From positions 49,152-113,151 of the forward strand of contig JAGHVG010000003.1 in assembly GCA_018064405.1 (NCBI GenBank): a stretch of DNA of 64,000 bases, in the 5' to 3' direction. The DNA is from Candidatus Enterousia scatequi. Its GTDB lineage: Bacteria > Pseudomonadota > Alphaproteobacteria > Rs-D84. The position numbers and the translations under genes are program-made. Under the pieces are notes generated by a model. That model did not search any database, had not been told where the DNA came from, and saw nothing but the letters and a program-made list of their open reading frames with translations. Below, piece by piece: positions 45,932 to 56,658 of the stretch (position 1 is the stretch's first letter; the number at the start of each line of letters is the position of its first letter).

Positions 45932-48327
45932 TTATTTTCCCCCGCCACAGTAAAATCAACCGCGCCCCCCAGCGCAATATTATTCGCACGTGCCGCAGAT
46001 TTTATCAATTCATGCAACGTATTCGGTGTCCCTGACGGAATCGTCAACGTTTCCAATTTTGCACCATTACCAATCTGGCGTTCTGTGCGCATACCGCGAA
46101 CCGTCTTTAATATATCCAGCGCGATATTCATTTCAGTAACATCAGTGTTATATTCTGGATTCACGACCGGATATTCCGTCAGGTGTAATGTTTCACCACC
46201 TTCGGTATCACGATAAATCTTGTGCCACAACTCTTCGGTAATAAATGGAATAAATGGTGCATACAAACCAATTACCGCACGCAAAACAGTGTATAAAGTC
46301 CACTGCGCCGACAGTTTTGATTCAGTGCTGTATTTTTCAGGACTCCAAAATCTATCCTTAACAAATTCAACATACTGGTCACACAAAATATCCCAGAAAA
46401 ATGTATCAATCGCCGCACGCGCATTATAGTTATCGTATTTGTCCAGATTCTTGCGAACATCTGCAACTGTTTTGTTCAATTCATTTAAAACCCAGCGATC
46501 CTCTATCAATCGTTCTGAGACAGGAACATTCTGCGCGGTTTTAGGATCAAAATCAGTCAAATTCATCAGAACATATTTTGATACGTTCCATAACTTCGTC
46601 AGTAATTTTGAACCACGTTTAACCTCGTCATCACTGTAACGCAAATCAGTTCCAATTGGTGCAGTCGCAATCCAATAACGCAATGCATCAACACCAAATT
46701 TATCAACCGCAGTCAAAGGATCCGTTCCATTACCTTTGGTCTTGGACATCTTTTGCCCCTTAGAATCACGAACAAGTCCATGGAAATTCACCGTATGAAA
46801 TGGAATATCACCCATTACATACATACCCATCATTATCATACGCGCAACCCAGAAAAATATAATATCAGCCGCGGTATATAATAAATCCGTTGGATAATAA
46901 TGTTTTAATTCCAATGTGTCATCCGGCCAACCCAACGTTGAAAACGGCCACAACCCCGATGAAAACCACGTATCCAACGCATCGTTATCACGTGTTAATG
47001 TTTTACCACCCGATTGCTTGATTGCTTCTTCTTCGCTTTCAGCGACATACACATTGCCATCTGCATCGTACCACGCAGGTATCCGGTGTCCCCACCATAA
47101 TTGACGCGAAATGGTCCAAGGCCGAATATCACGCATCCATGCCATAAACAAATTATACCGATGATCAGGGATAAATTTTATTTTACCTTCTTCAACTGCC
47201 TTAATCGCAGGTTCAGCCAGTTTTTTCGTATCAACAAACCACTGTTCTGTCAGATATGGTTCAACAGGAACCTGCCCCCGTTCAGAATATGGTGTTGGAA
47301 TAATTTTATCTTCTATCTTGGTCAGCAGGCCTGCGGCTTCTATATCCTCTATAACCGCCTGGCGCGCGACATAACGATCCATACCGCGATATTTTTCAGG
47401 AACTTCCTTGATATCTTTTAATTTTGCATCCGTCGTTAAAATACACAATGGTTCCAAGTTGTGACGAAGTCCAACCTCATAATCATCAAAATCATGTGCG
47501 GGTGTAATTTTAACCGCACCAGTCCCCTTTTCAGGATCAGCATGTTCATCACCAACAATTGGAATTTCAATATCAGTAAGTGGGATAATCGCCTTTTTAC
47601 CAATTAAATGTTTTAGTTTTTCATTTTCAGGATGAACCGCTATCGCCTTGTCCCCAAATAATGTTTCAGGACGCGTTGTTGCAATTTCTATCACCCCGCC
47701 ATCAACCAACGGATAGTTAAAATAATAGAACTTGCCGTGTTCTTCACGGGTTTCCACCTCAAGATCTGAAACAGATGTTTGCTGTTTTGGGCACCAATTT
47801 ACCAGGCGCTTTTCACGATAAATCAAACCCTCGTTATACATTTTTACAAACAATTTGGTTACCGCGCGTGACAATCCATCATCCATTGTAAAACGTTCAC
47901 GTTTCCACACTGGTGTCACACCCAAAATATGCAGTTGCTGCATAATCTGTCCACCTTTTTCTGCCTTCCATTTCCAGGCAGTATCCAACAATTCCTGTTT
48001 AGACAAACTGTGCGGATTAATACCACGTTTTGATAAATCACGTTCAACTAATAACTGGGTCGCGATTGATGCGTGGTCTGTTCCCGGCTGCCACAAGACA
48101 TCAAAACCCGCCATACGCTTATAACGGCACATAATATCTGTTAAGACATTATCCAATGCGTGTCCCATGTGCAAATTACCCGTCACATTTGGTGGTGGCA
48201 TCATGACACAAAAGGACTTTTTGCCGGAATTCATGTCATTATTCCAAAAATCGTTATCGTCCCAGAATTTTTGTATTCTGGTTTCCATATCACGTGTATT
48301 AATGTTTTTACCTAAATCTATGTTCAT
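45928..48327 (-). CDS. valS: valyl-tRNA synthetase (compact form)
   Basis: Class I HIGH (PPNVTGNLHMGHAL) and KMSKS (KMSKTKGN) motifs plus the editing domain. 799 aa. Confidence 0.95.
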   Translation of the reverse strand: MNIDLGKNINTRDMETRIQKFWDDNDFWNNDMNSGKKSFCVMMPPPNVTGNLHMGHALDNVLTDIMCRYKRMAGFDVLWQPGTDHASIATQLLVERDLSKRGINPHSLSKQELLDTAWKWKAEKGGQIMQQLHILGVTPVWKRERFTMDDGLSRAVTKLFVKMYNEGLIYREKRLVNWCPKQQTSVSDLEVETREEHGKFYYFNYPLVDGGVIEIATTRPETLFGDKAIAVHPENEKLKHLIGKKAIIPLTDIEIPIVGDEHADPEKGTGAVKITPAHDFDDYEVGLRHNLEPLCILTTDAKLKDIKEVPEKYRGMDRYVARQAVIEDIEAAGLLTKIEDKIIPTPYSERGQVPVEPYLTEQWFVDTKKLAEPAIKAVEEGKIKFIPDHRYNLFMAWMRDIRPWTISRQLWWGHRIPAWYDADGNVYVAESEEEAIKQSGGKTLTRDNDALDTWFSSGLWPFSTLGWPDDTLELKHYYPTDLLYTAADIIFFWVARMIMMGMYVMGDIPFHTVNFHGLVRDSKGQKMSKTKGNGTDPLTAVDKFGVDALRYWIATAPIGTDLRYSDDEVKRGSKLLTKLWNVSKYVLMNLTDFDPKTAQNVPVSERLIEDRWVLNELNKTVADVRKNLDKYDNYNARAAIDTFFWDILCDQYVEFVKDRFWSPEKYSTESKLSAQWTLYTVLRAVIGLYAPFIPFITEELWHKIYRDTEGGETLHLTEYPVVNPEYNTDVTEMNIALDILKTVRGMRTERQIGNGAKLETLTIPSGTPNTLHELIKSAARANNIALGGAVDFTVAGENK

Positions 48328-48440
48328 TTCTTGGCCTTAATCTTATCTTGGGTATCCTAGCAAAATAAAATCAAAATTCAAGACACAATTAACAGAATTT
48401 TACCCAACATCTTGGTTTTTTGCTTCAGTAATCACAGAAA

Positions 48441-49172
48441 TTAATTCGCGCGCGCAACACGACAAAATGTTACACCATATACAGCCCTTGCCCCAGCATT
48501 TAGCAGCACGCGACGTAATTCTGAAAACGTCGCCCCAGATGTCATAACATCATCAACCAGTAAAATCTTTTTCCCACATATTTTATCAGGTCGCACAACA
48601 TTAAATGCGCCACGAATGTTTTGCGCACGCTGCATCGCATTCTTGTGCCCCATTGATTGACGATATTTTCGTTTAATAGAGTTAACATCCATTTTGACAC
48701 CTAATGCATTTGCAATCGGACGTGCCAATAACATCGCCTGGTTATAGCCACGCTTACACAGACGCAAATATGCCAGTGGTACCGGCATAACAACATCTGC
48801 ATCCACATTGATATCGCGCATTGCCCAAATCATAGCGCGCGCCATAAACAATGAATATTTTGTTTTACCACAATGCTTAAACGGCAACATCGCAACCTTG
48901 GACACATCATCATAAACACATGCAGAACGTATCCAATCTAGTTCACATTTACCCGCAGCACACGTTGGACACAGTGTATCAAGCGATAAATCTACATCAG
49001 ACGAAAACGGATATCCACACTTCGCGCATCTCGCCCCAGTTATCCAATTAAACACAGACCAACAATCAGAACACAACTCACCATGTGTTGATACACGATT
49101 TTCACATAATGGACAAGATGGCGGATACAAAAATTCAATTACAGAATGAAAAACACTGCGCACCGTTACCAT
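48441..49172 (-). CDS. comF: ComF-family protein (phosphoribosyltransferase-like, competence)
   Basis: N-terminal double zinc ribbon (CPLCEN...CSDCW...CAKCG...CPTC). PRTase motif LLVDDVMTSGAT. Confidence 0.8.
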   Translation of the reverse strand: MVTVRSVFHSVIEFLYPPSCPLCENRVSTHGELCSDCWSVFNWITGARCAKCGYPFSSDVDLSLDTLCPTCAAGKCELDWIRSACVYDDVSKVAMLPFKHCGKTKYSLFMARAMIWAMRDINVDADVVMPVPLAYLRLCKRGYNQAMLLARPIANALGVKMDVNSIKRKYRQSMGHKNAMQRAQNIRGAFNVVRPDKICGKKILLVDDVMTSGATFSELRRVLLNAGARAVYGVTFCRVARAN

Positions 49173-50362
49173 GCCAAACTTTTATAGGTTTTATTGCCAG
49201 TGGTTTTACCATATTTATTTTTTTGTTGTTGGGTCAGCGTTTCATATTGATCATTTGATATTATACGCAACACAAAACCTTCTTCTTCACTGCGTGATGC
49301 CAACACAGGCACAATACGTTGTTCAGCAACCCCCGTATCACGCAATACCTGTTCAACAATCGCCAAACGACGCGCAGCCAATTTTTTATCATCCGCATCA
49401 GATATCACAGATTTTGGAATTTCAACCTGGATAGCACGTTTTGGATTATTTACAACAATCCCTGCGTATTCTGTTAATAGATTAAAATTATCACGTGACA
49501 ACGCTGAATCTTCGTTACGGAATTTTATTTTTATCTCTAGCGGGCGAACACCACCCTCTTCGGATAAATCGCGTTGTGACGTAAAACCTTCAATAGATGT
49601 GGACATATCAGATGCCACATCAAATTTGTTATCTATCTGATATGTGGACAGATGCTTGTTTTCTGACAAAAATGTTTTGCGAAACGCCTTGCGTAATTCA
49701 GTCGGCGACATTTTTGTCATATCATCACGCACAGCAGCAATTTTTGGTGACGTAGTACGTTCAACCCTGCGCACGACAACATCGTCCATCGGAACAACCA
49801 TCTGTGAAATCTTTACGGGTTCAGATTCTGGAGCAACCACATCATTTTTTGCAACCAATGGTGATTCAATTTTAATTGGCGCGACCTTTACACTGGCATC
49901 CGCGCGACGTTGCAATTCATTTAAACGTGCGATTTGTTCATCAAATTCAGAATTCCTGGTCGGTTCCACGCGCGCAACCGACACAGGTTTTACAGGTTCT
50001 ACATCCAAGCTCTCCTCTGGCAAGAAACCATTTGAACTTAATACAGTAAATTCGTCACTGCGTGGCATACGTAATGGTGCATCAGACGATGCCCATAAAT
50101 TATCACTTGGACGATTAGGTGACAAAATATCACCACCCATTGCCAAATTATCATTTGGTTGCGCCACGATTGCTTTACGTGAAACGACGTTTTTACTAAC
50201 GAATTTATTTTGCGTTTTGTTTGACACCACCGGTTGCATCGGCACCCCAAACGCCGCACGTGCAGACACAGATCCCGCAACATCAACCGTTGGCAAATAC
50301 GATGCCGCAATCCCAGGCACAGCAAGCATTATACCGATAATTGATACAGATATAAAACGCAT
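49166..50362 (-). CDS. periplasmic hypothetical protein with a degenerate OmpA/MotB-like C-terminus
   Basis: Signal peptide. The C-terminus NFNLLTEYAGIVVNNPKRAIQVEIPKSVISDADDKKLAARRLAIVEQVLRDTGVAEQRIVPV resembles the peptidoglycan-binding OmpA_C consensus (N..LS..RA.aV...L...Gv...ri). Confidence 0.45.
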   Translation of the reverse strand: MRFISVSIIGIMLAVPGIAASYLPTVDVAGSVSARAAFGVPMQPVVSNKTQNKFVSKNVVSRKAIVAQPNDNLAMGGDILSPNRPSDNLWASSDAPLRMPRSDEFTVLSSNGFLPEESLDVEPVKPVSVARVEPTRNSEFDEQIARLNELQRRADASVKVAPIKIESPLVAKNDVVAPESEPVKISQMVVPMDDVVVRRVERTTSPKIAAVRDDMTKMSPTELRKAFRKTFLSENKHLSTYQIDNKFDVASDMSTSIEGFTSQRDLSEEGGVRPLEIKIKFRNEDSALSRDNFNLLTEYAGIVVNNPKRAIQVEIPKSVISDADDKKLAARRLAIVEQVLRDTGVAEQRIVPVLASRSEEEGFVLRIISNDQYETLTQQQKNKYGKTTGNKTYKSLAW

Positions 50363-50446
50363 AATTCCTTTCCTTCCATTTCAATCATAGAACAATTTAC
50401 GAATCGTGCGCAAGTAAAAAATAAAACCACAACAAGATATCTATAA

Positions 50447-51493
50447 CTATTTCAAAACCTCACAAACAATTTTTGAAACAGCATCATTTTTAACCAAAGA
50501 TTTTTCTGCCATCTTTATCAGACGTGATGGATTATCAAATAATTCTGTCAGTGTTGCGGTTAACCATTTCGGCGTGAACTTTGATTGCTCAATCGCAAAT
50601 CCACCACCCAGTTTTGCAAACGATGCCGCATTTGCCGCCTGGTCTGGATTAATATTCAGTGGAACCAATATTGCACCACGACCGATTGTTTCAAGTTCTA
50701 TGACGGTACTCGCACCACTGCGCCCAATCACAAGATCTGAATCTTTTATCGCCGCCGCCATATCATGCACGAACGATAACACATTTGCATGAATTTTATT
50801 CTGGGCATAAAACGCCTGCAAGCGTGCAACATTTTCGGGTCGCGTTTGATGGGTCACAAAAATCTTTTTATTTTTCATTGATGCAATTGCGACCGGTACA
50901 ACATCATCTAATATCTGGGCCCCTAGTGACCCACCCGTCACCAACAAATGCATATTATTTGGAATAGGTTCCCCAGCAAAAACCAAGAAATCCGCCCTGA
51001 CCGGCAACCCAGTATAAACAATTTTCGTATTTGTTCCCTTTGGCATATCAGATACTGTTGGAAAACTAGTCATCAATGTTTTTACCCAACGCATTGCGAA
51101 TTTATTTGCACGCCCAATTGCGGCATTTTGTTCATGCAACAACGTTGGTATTTTCCAAACATGTGCCGCAAAAACAGCCGGCACAGATGCGTATCCACCA
51201 AACGCAACAACACGATCAGGACGAAAAAGCATAAAACGCAGTGTTAGTGCAAATGCAGATACTGCGATTTTGAACAATGCATAAACCTGGTTCAAACGCG
51301 ATTTCGCACCAACCCCAGATGCCCATATATGAACAACGTGTGCACGTTCGGGTTTATCACGCATAACCATACTGCGCACACGGCCATCACATGAAATTGT
51401 AATCCTATGTCCACACGATACCAACGCCGATGCAACACTAAGTGCCGGGAAAACGTGCCCCCCCGTTCCACCTGTTGCAATCCATATTTTCAT
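50447..51493 (-). CDS. murG: UDP-GlcNAc:undecaprenyl-PP-MurNAc-pentapeptide GlcNAc transferase
   Basis: N-terminus MKIWIATGGTGGHVFPALSVA; GT28 fold. 348 aa. Confidence 0.9.
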   Translation of the reverse strand: MKIWIATGGTGGHVFPALSVASALVSCGHRITISCDGRVRSMVMRDKPERAHVVHIWASGVGAKSRLNQVYALFKIAVSAFALTLRFMLFRPDRVVAFGGYASVPAVFAAHVWKIPTLLHEQNAAIGRANKFAMRWVKTLMTSFPTVSDMPKGTNTKIVYTGLPVRADFLVFAGEPIPNNMHLLVTGGSLGAQILDDVVPVAIASMKNKKIFVTHQTRPENVARLQAFYAQNKIHANVLSFVHDMAAAIKDSDLVIGRSGASTVIELETIGRGAILVPLNINPDQAANAASFAKLGGGFAIEQSKFTPKWLTATLTELFDNPSRLIKMAEKSLVKNDAVSKIVCEVLK

Positions 51494-51507
51494 GTTTTAT
51501 CCTTTTA

Positions 51508-52650
51508 TTATTTCCATTTATCTTCACGAATTATCGCGAACAGCATGCCAAACAACAAACAAAATGACAAGAACGAACTGCCCCCAAAAGAAATAAATGG
51601 CAATGTTATTCCTGTTGGCGGCATCAAATTTAAGGTTGTTGCCAAATTAATTGATATCTGGAATGCAAATAACAACGCCGCACCAGATGTCGCATAAAAC
51701 ACAAACGGATCACGCGCACCACGTGCATCACGTATTAAACGATTTATCATATACAACATTACACACAGCATTATACACGCCAAAATTGCACCAAAATCTT
51801 CCACTAATGCTGCATAAACGAAATCACTTTCGGCCATTGGCAGTTTTTCGGTTGCAAAGGCCTCGTCCCCCATGCCAAATAGGCCACCTTGGCGTATAGA
51901 ATTGATGGAATATCCAACCTGGGTATTTGGATCAAGTGGCTTAAAGAAATCAATAACACGTTCATGCACGTGATGCTTTAAAAAGAACGCGCCAACCCCA
52001 CCACACAAAACAACCAATCCTAATATTCCACATATCTTTAACGGCAGGCCCGCTACAAACAGCATTCCGCCAGCAACCGCACCATATAACAACAATGTTC
52101 CGATATCCGGTTGCTTAAACAAAACTAGTGCAATAAAACCAAACAACGCAATATATGTCCACCAACTGAACGCACCAAATTTCAATGTATCACGCGTAAA
52201 AATATTTTCACCAAAGCGTTCTTTCATTTTACTAATAAACCACGCAGTAACCATAACAAACCCTGGTTTCAATATATCAGACGGCATAATATTTATTCCA
52301 GACAGCCCCACCCAACGCGAAGAACCGTTAATTGTTACAGGATGAACCAATGTGACAAATAACAACAACAAACAAACAATCACATTAATCCACGCAACAA
52401 TCATGACATTGCGCTTATTCAGTAAACTGACGACAAACATTGTTGCAAAACCACCAATATAAAACGGCAACATACTTACAAAAAAGTGATACCAATGCCA
52501 CCCCTTACGCACAGTCATTGCGGATCCAGTTGATATAGCCGCAATCATACCAATCAATATCAACCCCAAAACACAAAACAGCAACGCGCGATCAACACCA
52601 TAATACCAATCGGTAAAATGACTGTCATCTGTTCTGCGCGCAATCAACAT
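51508..52650 (-). CDS. ftsW: SEDS peptidoglycan glycosyltransferase FtsW
   Basis: 10-TM FtsW/RodA family. Lies between mraY and murG. Confidence 0.85.
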   Translation of the reverse strand: MLIARRTDDSHFTDWYYGVDRALLFCVLGLILIGMIAAISTGSAMTVRKGWHWYHFFVSMLPFYIGGFATMFVVSLLNKRNVMIVAWINVIVCLLLLFVTLVHPVTINGSSRWVGLSGINIMPSDILKPGFVMVTAWFISKMKERFGENIFTRDTLKFGAFSWWTYIALFGFIALVLFKQPDIGTLLLYGAVAGGMLFVAGLPLKICGILGLVVLCGGVGAFFLKHHVHERVIDFFKPLDPNTQVGYSINSIRQGGLFGMGDEAFATEKLPMAESDFVYAALVEDFGAILACIMLCVMLYMINRLIRDARGARDPFVFYATSGAALLFAFQISINLATTLNLMPPTGITLPFISFGGSSFLSFCLLFGMLFAIIREDKWK

Positions 52651-52666
52651 TTGATAACATCCTTCT

Positions 52667-53755
52667 TTATGCGAATTTTAGTAATACCAATGCCAAGCCG
52701 GCAAACAATACCGACATAACAAAAAAACGTTCCACTATCTTGGTTTCTGGCCAGCCCAATTCTTCAAAATGATGATGCAGTGGGGCACGTAAAAATATAC
52801 GACGACCCGTTCCAGTTATTTTACGTGTAATTTTAAAACCAACCGTCTGCAACAGTGATGATAACAAAATTAAAACCATCATTCCCGCAGCCACAGCCAT
52901 AACAATTTCTGACTTTAACAACATAGCGATCGTTCCCATCAATCCTCCCAATGCCAACGATCCGACATCGCCCATAAATATTGACGCGGGTTTTGCATTA
53001 AACCACAAGAAACCTAGGATTGCACCAAACGCGCCCCCCAGCACAGCATACAATCCGTCCGCCGCGGGCAAGAACATAACCGTATCCATAAAGCCGATGC
53101 GTGTTGCACCATATAGGGCCACAACCAAAACAATTAAAACTGGCAAATATAACTTGGCCAACATACCGTCCAGACCATCCGTGATATTAGTGGCATTTGC
53201 CGAACCACAAATTACGAAATACGCAAACACATAATAAAACAGCCCCAATGGTAACACTATACCAAACGGTATTGCCAAAGATAGCGTCTGCATATACGGC
53301 GGAAAAGTCATATTAATAAAATATGCTAAAACAACGACAAAGACCGCCTCTGCCACCAAACGGAATAAAGGCGACAATCCGTTAGATGCTTTTTTTGACT
53401 GTGATTTGACCTTTTTATAATCATCTGCAAAGCCAAGCATTCCAAACAAAGCCACCGCCAACAATGCAATCCACCCGTCCATATTTGCCAATGGCATAAA
53501 CAGCACAGATGAAATCAGTATTGCCAACACAACCAAAATGCCACCCATTGTTGGCGTTCCGGTCTTTTGTTTATGCGATGCTGGCAAATTTTCACTAATT
53601 GGTTGACCCTTCTTTTGCCAATTTTGCATCCATTTAATAAAACCCCGACCAAAGATAACCATTATCAAAAAAGACAACGCAAAGGCACAAGCCAGTTGCA
53701 TCCAACCACTAGCAAAAAAACCTATACCGCGCGACAACAAATAATCTGTCAGCAT
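52667..53755 (-). CDS. mraY: phospho-N-acetylmuramoyl-pentapeptide transferase
   Basis: MraY motifs are present (NATNITDGLDG, FMGDVGSLALGG). 362 aa. Confidence 0.95.
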   Translation of the reverse strand: MLTDYLLSRGIGFFASGWMQLACAFALSFLIMVIFGRGFIKWMQNWQKKGQPISENLPASHKQKTGTPTMGGILVVLAILISSVLFMPLANMDGWIALLAVALFGMLGFADDYKKVKSQSKKASNGLSPLFRLVAEAVFVVVLAYFINMTFPPYMQTLSLAIPFGIVLPLGLFYYVFAYFVICGSANATNITDGLDGMLAKLYLPVLIVLVVALYGATRIGFMDTVMFLPAADGLYAVLGGAFGAILGFLWFNAKPASIFMGDVGSLALGGLMGTIAMLLKSEIVMAVAAGMMVLILLSSLLQTVGFKITRKITGTGRRIFLRAPLHHHFEELGWPETKIVERFFVMSVLFAGLALVLLKFA

Positions 53756-53826
53756 TTGAAAAAACTCCTTTCATACACTGATTATGGTTTTATTACAAAA
53801 TATATGCAACACAAAATTTTATATGA

Positions 53827-55896
53827 TTAAAAAACGCCACCAACAACCGCAGATTTAACGGCACCTTTTTGTTTTGGTGCAGGATTTGGGGATTGACCGG
53901 GTTTAAACGCCTCTGTAATAATCATTCCATCGGGATCATGCGCGGCGGCGACACCACTGCTACGATTTACACGAACAAAATTCATGCCGTCAGGAACAGC
54001 AAAAGGTTGATCTGATTCATTTTGCAAAGCGCTTGTCATAAATTCAGCAAAAACACGCGCCGCCATATGCGAACCTGCGCCCTTGCCCAATGGTTTGGGC
54101 GTATCATAACCCAAATATACACCCGCAATTAAATTTTTAGAAAAACCAATAAACCACACATCCTTGACATCATTTGTTGTTCCGGTCTTGCCCGCAATAG
54201 TATGACCCGCAACACGTGCCTGACGCCCAGTACCACGTTCAACCGCGCCCTGTAAAATAGATACGATTTGATACAAACTCTGTGGATCAGACAGGGCAGC
54301 TGTTTCTTCGGTAAATTCAGGTGGTAATAATTCTGAATCCCATTCAATAATTTCAGATGCCTTGCCATCAATAAGATTTCCATACCTGTCTTCAATATAG
54401 TCAACCAAACGTGGTTGAATCACATGCCCACCATTAACAAATGCGGAATAACCCGAAACCAATTTCTGCAACGTTGTTTCCCCCGACCCCAGTGCCATTG
54501 ATAAATTTATGTCCTGTTTATCAGATGGATAGACACCGAAACGCTGCGCAACCTCTATGGCATCTTTGTCACCAATCTGTTGAACCAGGCGAACCGTTGT
54601 CACATTACGTGATGTTTCCAATGACAGACGCAGTGGTATATCACCCAAAAATTTCTTGTCATAATTTTCAGGTTTCCACAATGTATCATTTTCACGCCAA
54701 CCAACAATTGGTGCATCCAATAATAATGTTTCAGGTGAATAACCACGTTCCAATGCCGCCAAATACACAAATGGTTTTATTGTTGAACCAATTTGACGAT
54801 ATGCCTGGGTTGCACGATTAAACGAACTTTCGCGAAAACTGCGTCCCCCCGCCATTGCAAGCACGCGTCCCGTATGTGGGTTCATCGCAAATATCGCACC
54901 CTGTAATTTTTCGCCAGTGCGTCCATTGTTAAAATTATCCAATTCTTTATTTAATGCCGCAGATGCCGCCCGCTGTAATTCAGGGTTAATTGTCGTTTTT
55001 ATATACAATCCCTGGTTATACAATGTTTCGCGACCAATAGAATCAAGTAATTGACGGCGTACTTCTTCGGCAAAATATTGAAAATCATCAGACATTTGTT
55101 CGGTAAATCCAGCATTGATATTTAATGGTTCCGCCATCGCCGCATCCGCATCAGATTGGGTTATAAAACCTTCGTCCACCATACGATTCAAAACATAATT
55201 ACGGCGTTCAATCGCGCGTGCGCGATCGTTTGGTGCCTTGGGCAAGGATGCCAAAAACGCACATTCTGACAATGATAATTCTGATACCGGTTTGTTAAAA
55301 TACATCAATGCCGCCGACGCGACACCGTATGCACGTGCACCTAAAAATATCTGATTCAGATATAATGTCATTATATGCTGCTTTGAAAAACTGCGTTCCA
55401 GACGCAGGGCCAATATCGCCTCTTTCACTTTGCGTGAAAGGGTGCGGTCAGATGTTAAAAAGAAATTTTTTGCAACCTGTTGTGTAATTGTTGATGCACC
55501 AGAAAAATTACCACCAATCCCAAATTTACGCATAACATTATTTGCAGTTGCACGAACAATTCCAACAACATCAATTCCTGGATGTGTCCAGAAATTTTGA
55601 TCTTCGGCCGCGACAAATGCATTTATTAACTGGGACGGAATATCGTTAAAGTCCAGGAACACACGTCTTTCTTCGGCATATTCAATCAACAGTGATCCGT
55701 CAGACGCATACAGGCGCGATGCCACAGGCGGCGCATACGTTGCCAAATTACGATAGTCGGGCAAATTGTTTCCATATATCAACAACACAGCCGCAACGAC
55801 ACCAACAAATGCCGTAAACAGCCAGAAAAAACCATTTAAAATTTTACGAAAAAAACTTTTGTTTTGCATAAATATAATTTTATCTGAATATTTCAC
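53827..55896 (-). CDS. mrcA: class A penicillin-binding protein 1A (transglycosylase + transpeptidase), compact 689-aa form
   Basis: GT51 motifs (EDQNFWTHPGIDV, RKVKEAILALRLE). Transpeptidase motifs SxxK (STIKPF), SxN and KTG. Confidence 0.9.
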   Translation of the reverse strand: MKYSDKIIFMQNKSFFRKILNGFFWLFTAFVGVVAAVLLIYGNNLPDYRNLATYAPPVASRLYASDGSLLIEYAEERRVFLDFNDIPSQLINAFVAAEDQNFWTHPGIDVVGIVRATANNVMRKFGIGGNFSGASTITQQVAKNFFLTSDRTLSRKVKEAILALRLERSFSKQHIMTLYLNQIFLGARAYGVASAALMYFNKPVSELSLSECAFLASLPKAPNDRARAIERRNYVLNRMVDEGFITQSDADAAMAEPLNINAGFTEQMSDDFQYFAEEVRRQLLDSIGRETLYNQGLYIKTTINPELQRAASAALNKELDNFNNGRTGEKLQGAIFAMNPHTGRVLAMAGGRSFRESSFNRATQAYRQIGSTIKPFVYLAALERGYSPETLLLDAPIVGWRENDTLWKPENYDKKFLGDIPLRLSLETSRNVTTVRLVQQIGDKDAIEVAQRFGVYPSDKQDINLSMALGSGETTLQKLVSGYSAFVNGGHVIQPRLVDYIEDRYGNLIDGKASEIIEWDSELLPPEFTEETAALSDPQSLYQIVSILQGAVERGTGRQARVAGHTIAGKTGTTNDVKDVWFIGFSKNLIAGVYLGYDTPKPLGKGAGSHMAARVFAEFMTSALQNESDQPFAVPDGMNFVRVNRSSGVAAAHDPDGMIITEAFKPGQSPNPAPKQKGAVKSAVVGGVF

Positions 55897-55910
55897 GATT
55901 GCAAATAATA

Positions 55911-55933
55911 ATTAAAAAATGCGCCGAATTGGC
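55911..55933 (-). terminator. terminator AAATGCGCCGAATTGGCGCATTT
   Basis: Perfect palindrome downstream of the IMPase-like gene. Confidence 0.55.
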
Positions 55934-55939
55934 GCATTT

Positions 55940-56644
55940 TTATAATTCTATATGACCATTCGTTGCGACCAAATCGGCACCCATGGCGATTTTACCGCCC
56001 GCTTCGCGTACCAATAATTCACCTGCGGCAATTTCCGCAAAATCAATCGGATCAGACACAAACCCATCAAACCGCCCACATGCAACCCACGCCAAATCCA
56101 ACGCGGGGCAACCCGTCCGACGTGCATCACCAAATGTTTTACGATTATCAGATGTATTATATGCAATCGTAGATTCAGATAAATCTGTAATATTAGATGT
56201 GCGAACACGCGCAGAATGAAATGTTGAATATGCATATGCACCTGCGTCCGCTTCGCCATAATATAGGCGTTCATCAATTGGTGAATAAATTAATGCAATC
56301 TTGGTTTCGCCATTTGTTCGCAGCGCCAACGATATTGCAAAATGTGGGTTCGCACGAACAAAATTTGATGCCCCGGACAGTGACAAAACAAATTCATCAC
56401 GACCATCACCCGCCTGGGATACATTCGGCGTCAGCAGACCCGCCGATGGGCGAACCAACAATAAATCAGACAAAATACTTTCTTCTATTCTGGCAGATGC
56501 CTTTTGCACAAAATCATGTGCAGAACGAATTGACTGTTGCAGGTTTTCAACTTCGCCAAAATCATGACGCAGGCCCGACGCAGTGCGTTCCAATGCCGCA
56601 AACATTTTGTTTAATTCGGTTGATCCCTTTATCAACAGTTCCAT
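55940..56644 (-). CDS. suhB: inositol monophosphatase family protein (SuhB-like)
   Basis: IMPase motifs WVACGRFDGFV, DFAEIAAGELLVREAGG and the metal-binding DPIDERLY region. 234 aa. Confidence 0.7.
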   Translation of the reverse strand: MELLIKGSTELNKMFAALERTASGLRHDFGEVENLQQSIRSAHDFVQKASARIEESILSDLLLVRPSAGLLTPNVSQAGDGRDEFVLSLSGASNFVRANPHFAISLALRTNGETKIALIYSPIDERLYYGEADAGAYAYSTFHSARVRTSNITDLSESTIAYNTSDNRKTFGDARRTGCPALDLAWVACGRFDGFVSDPIDFAEIAAGELLVREAGGKIAMGADLVATNGHIEL

Positions 56645-56658
56645 TTTATTGTCCCTGA

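Noticed and set aside
49644-50390. 248-aa plus-strand ORF
   Set aside because: Antisense to the signal-peptide protein 49166-50362. Ser/Thr/Ala low-complexity product typical of reverse-frame translation.
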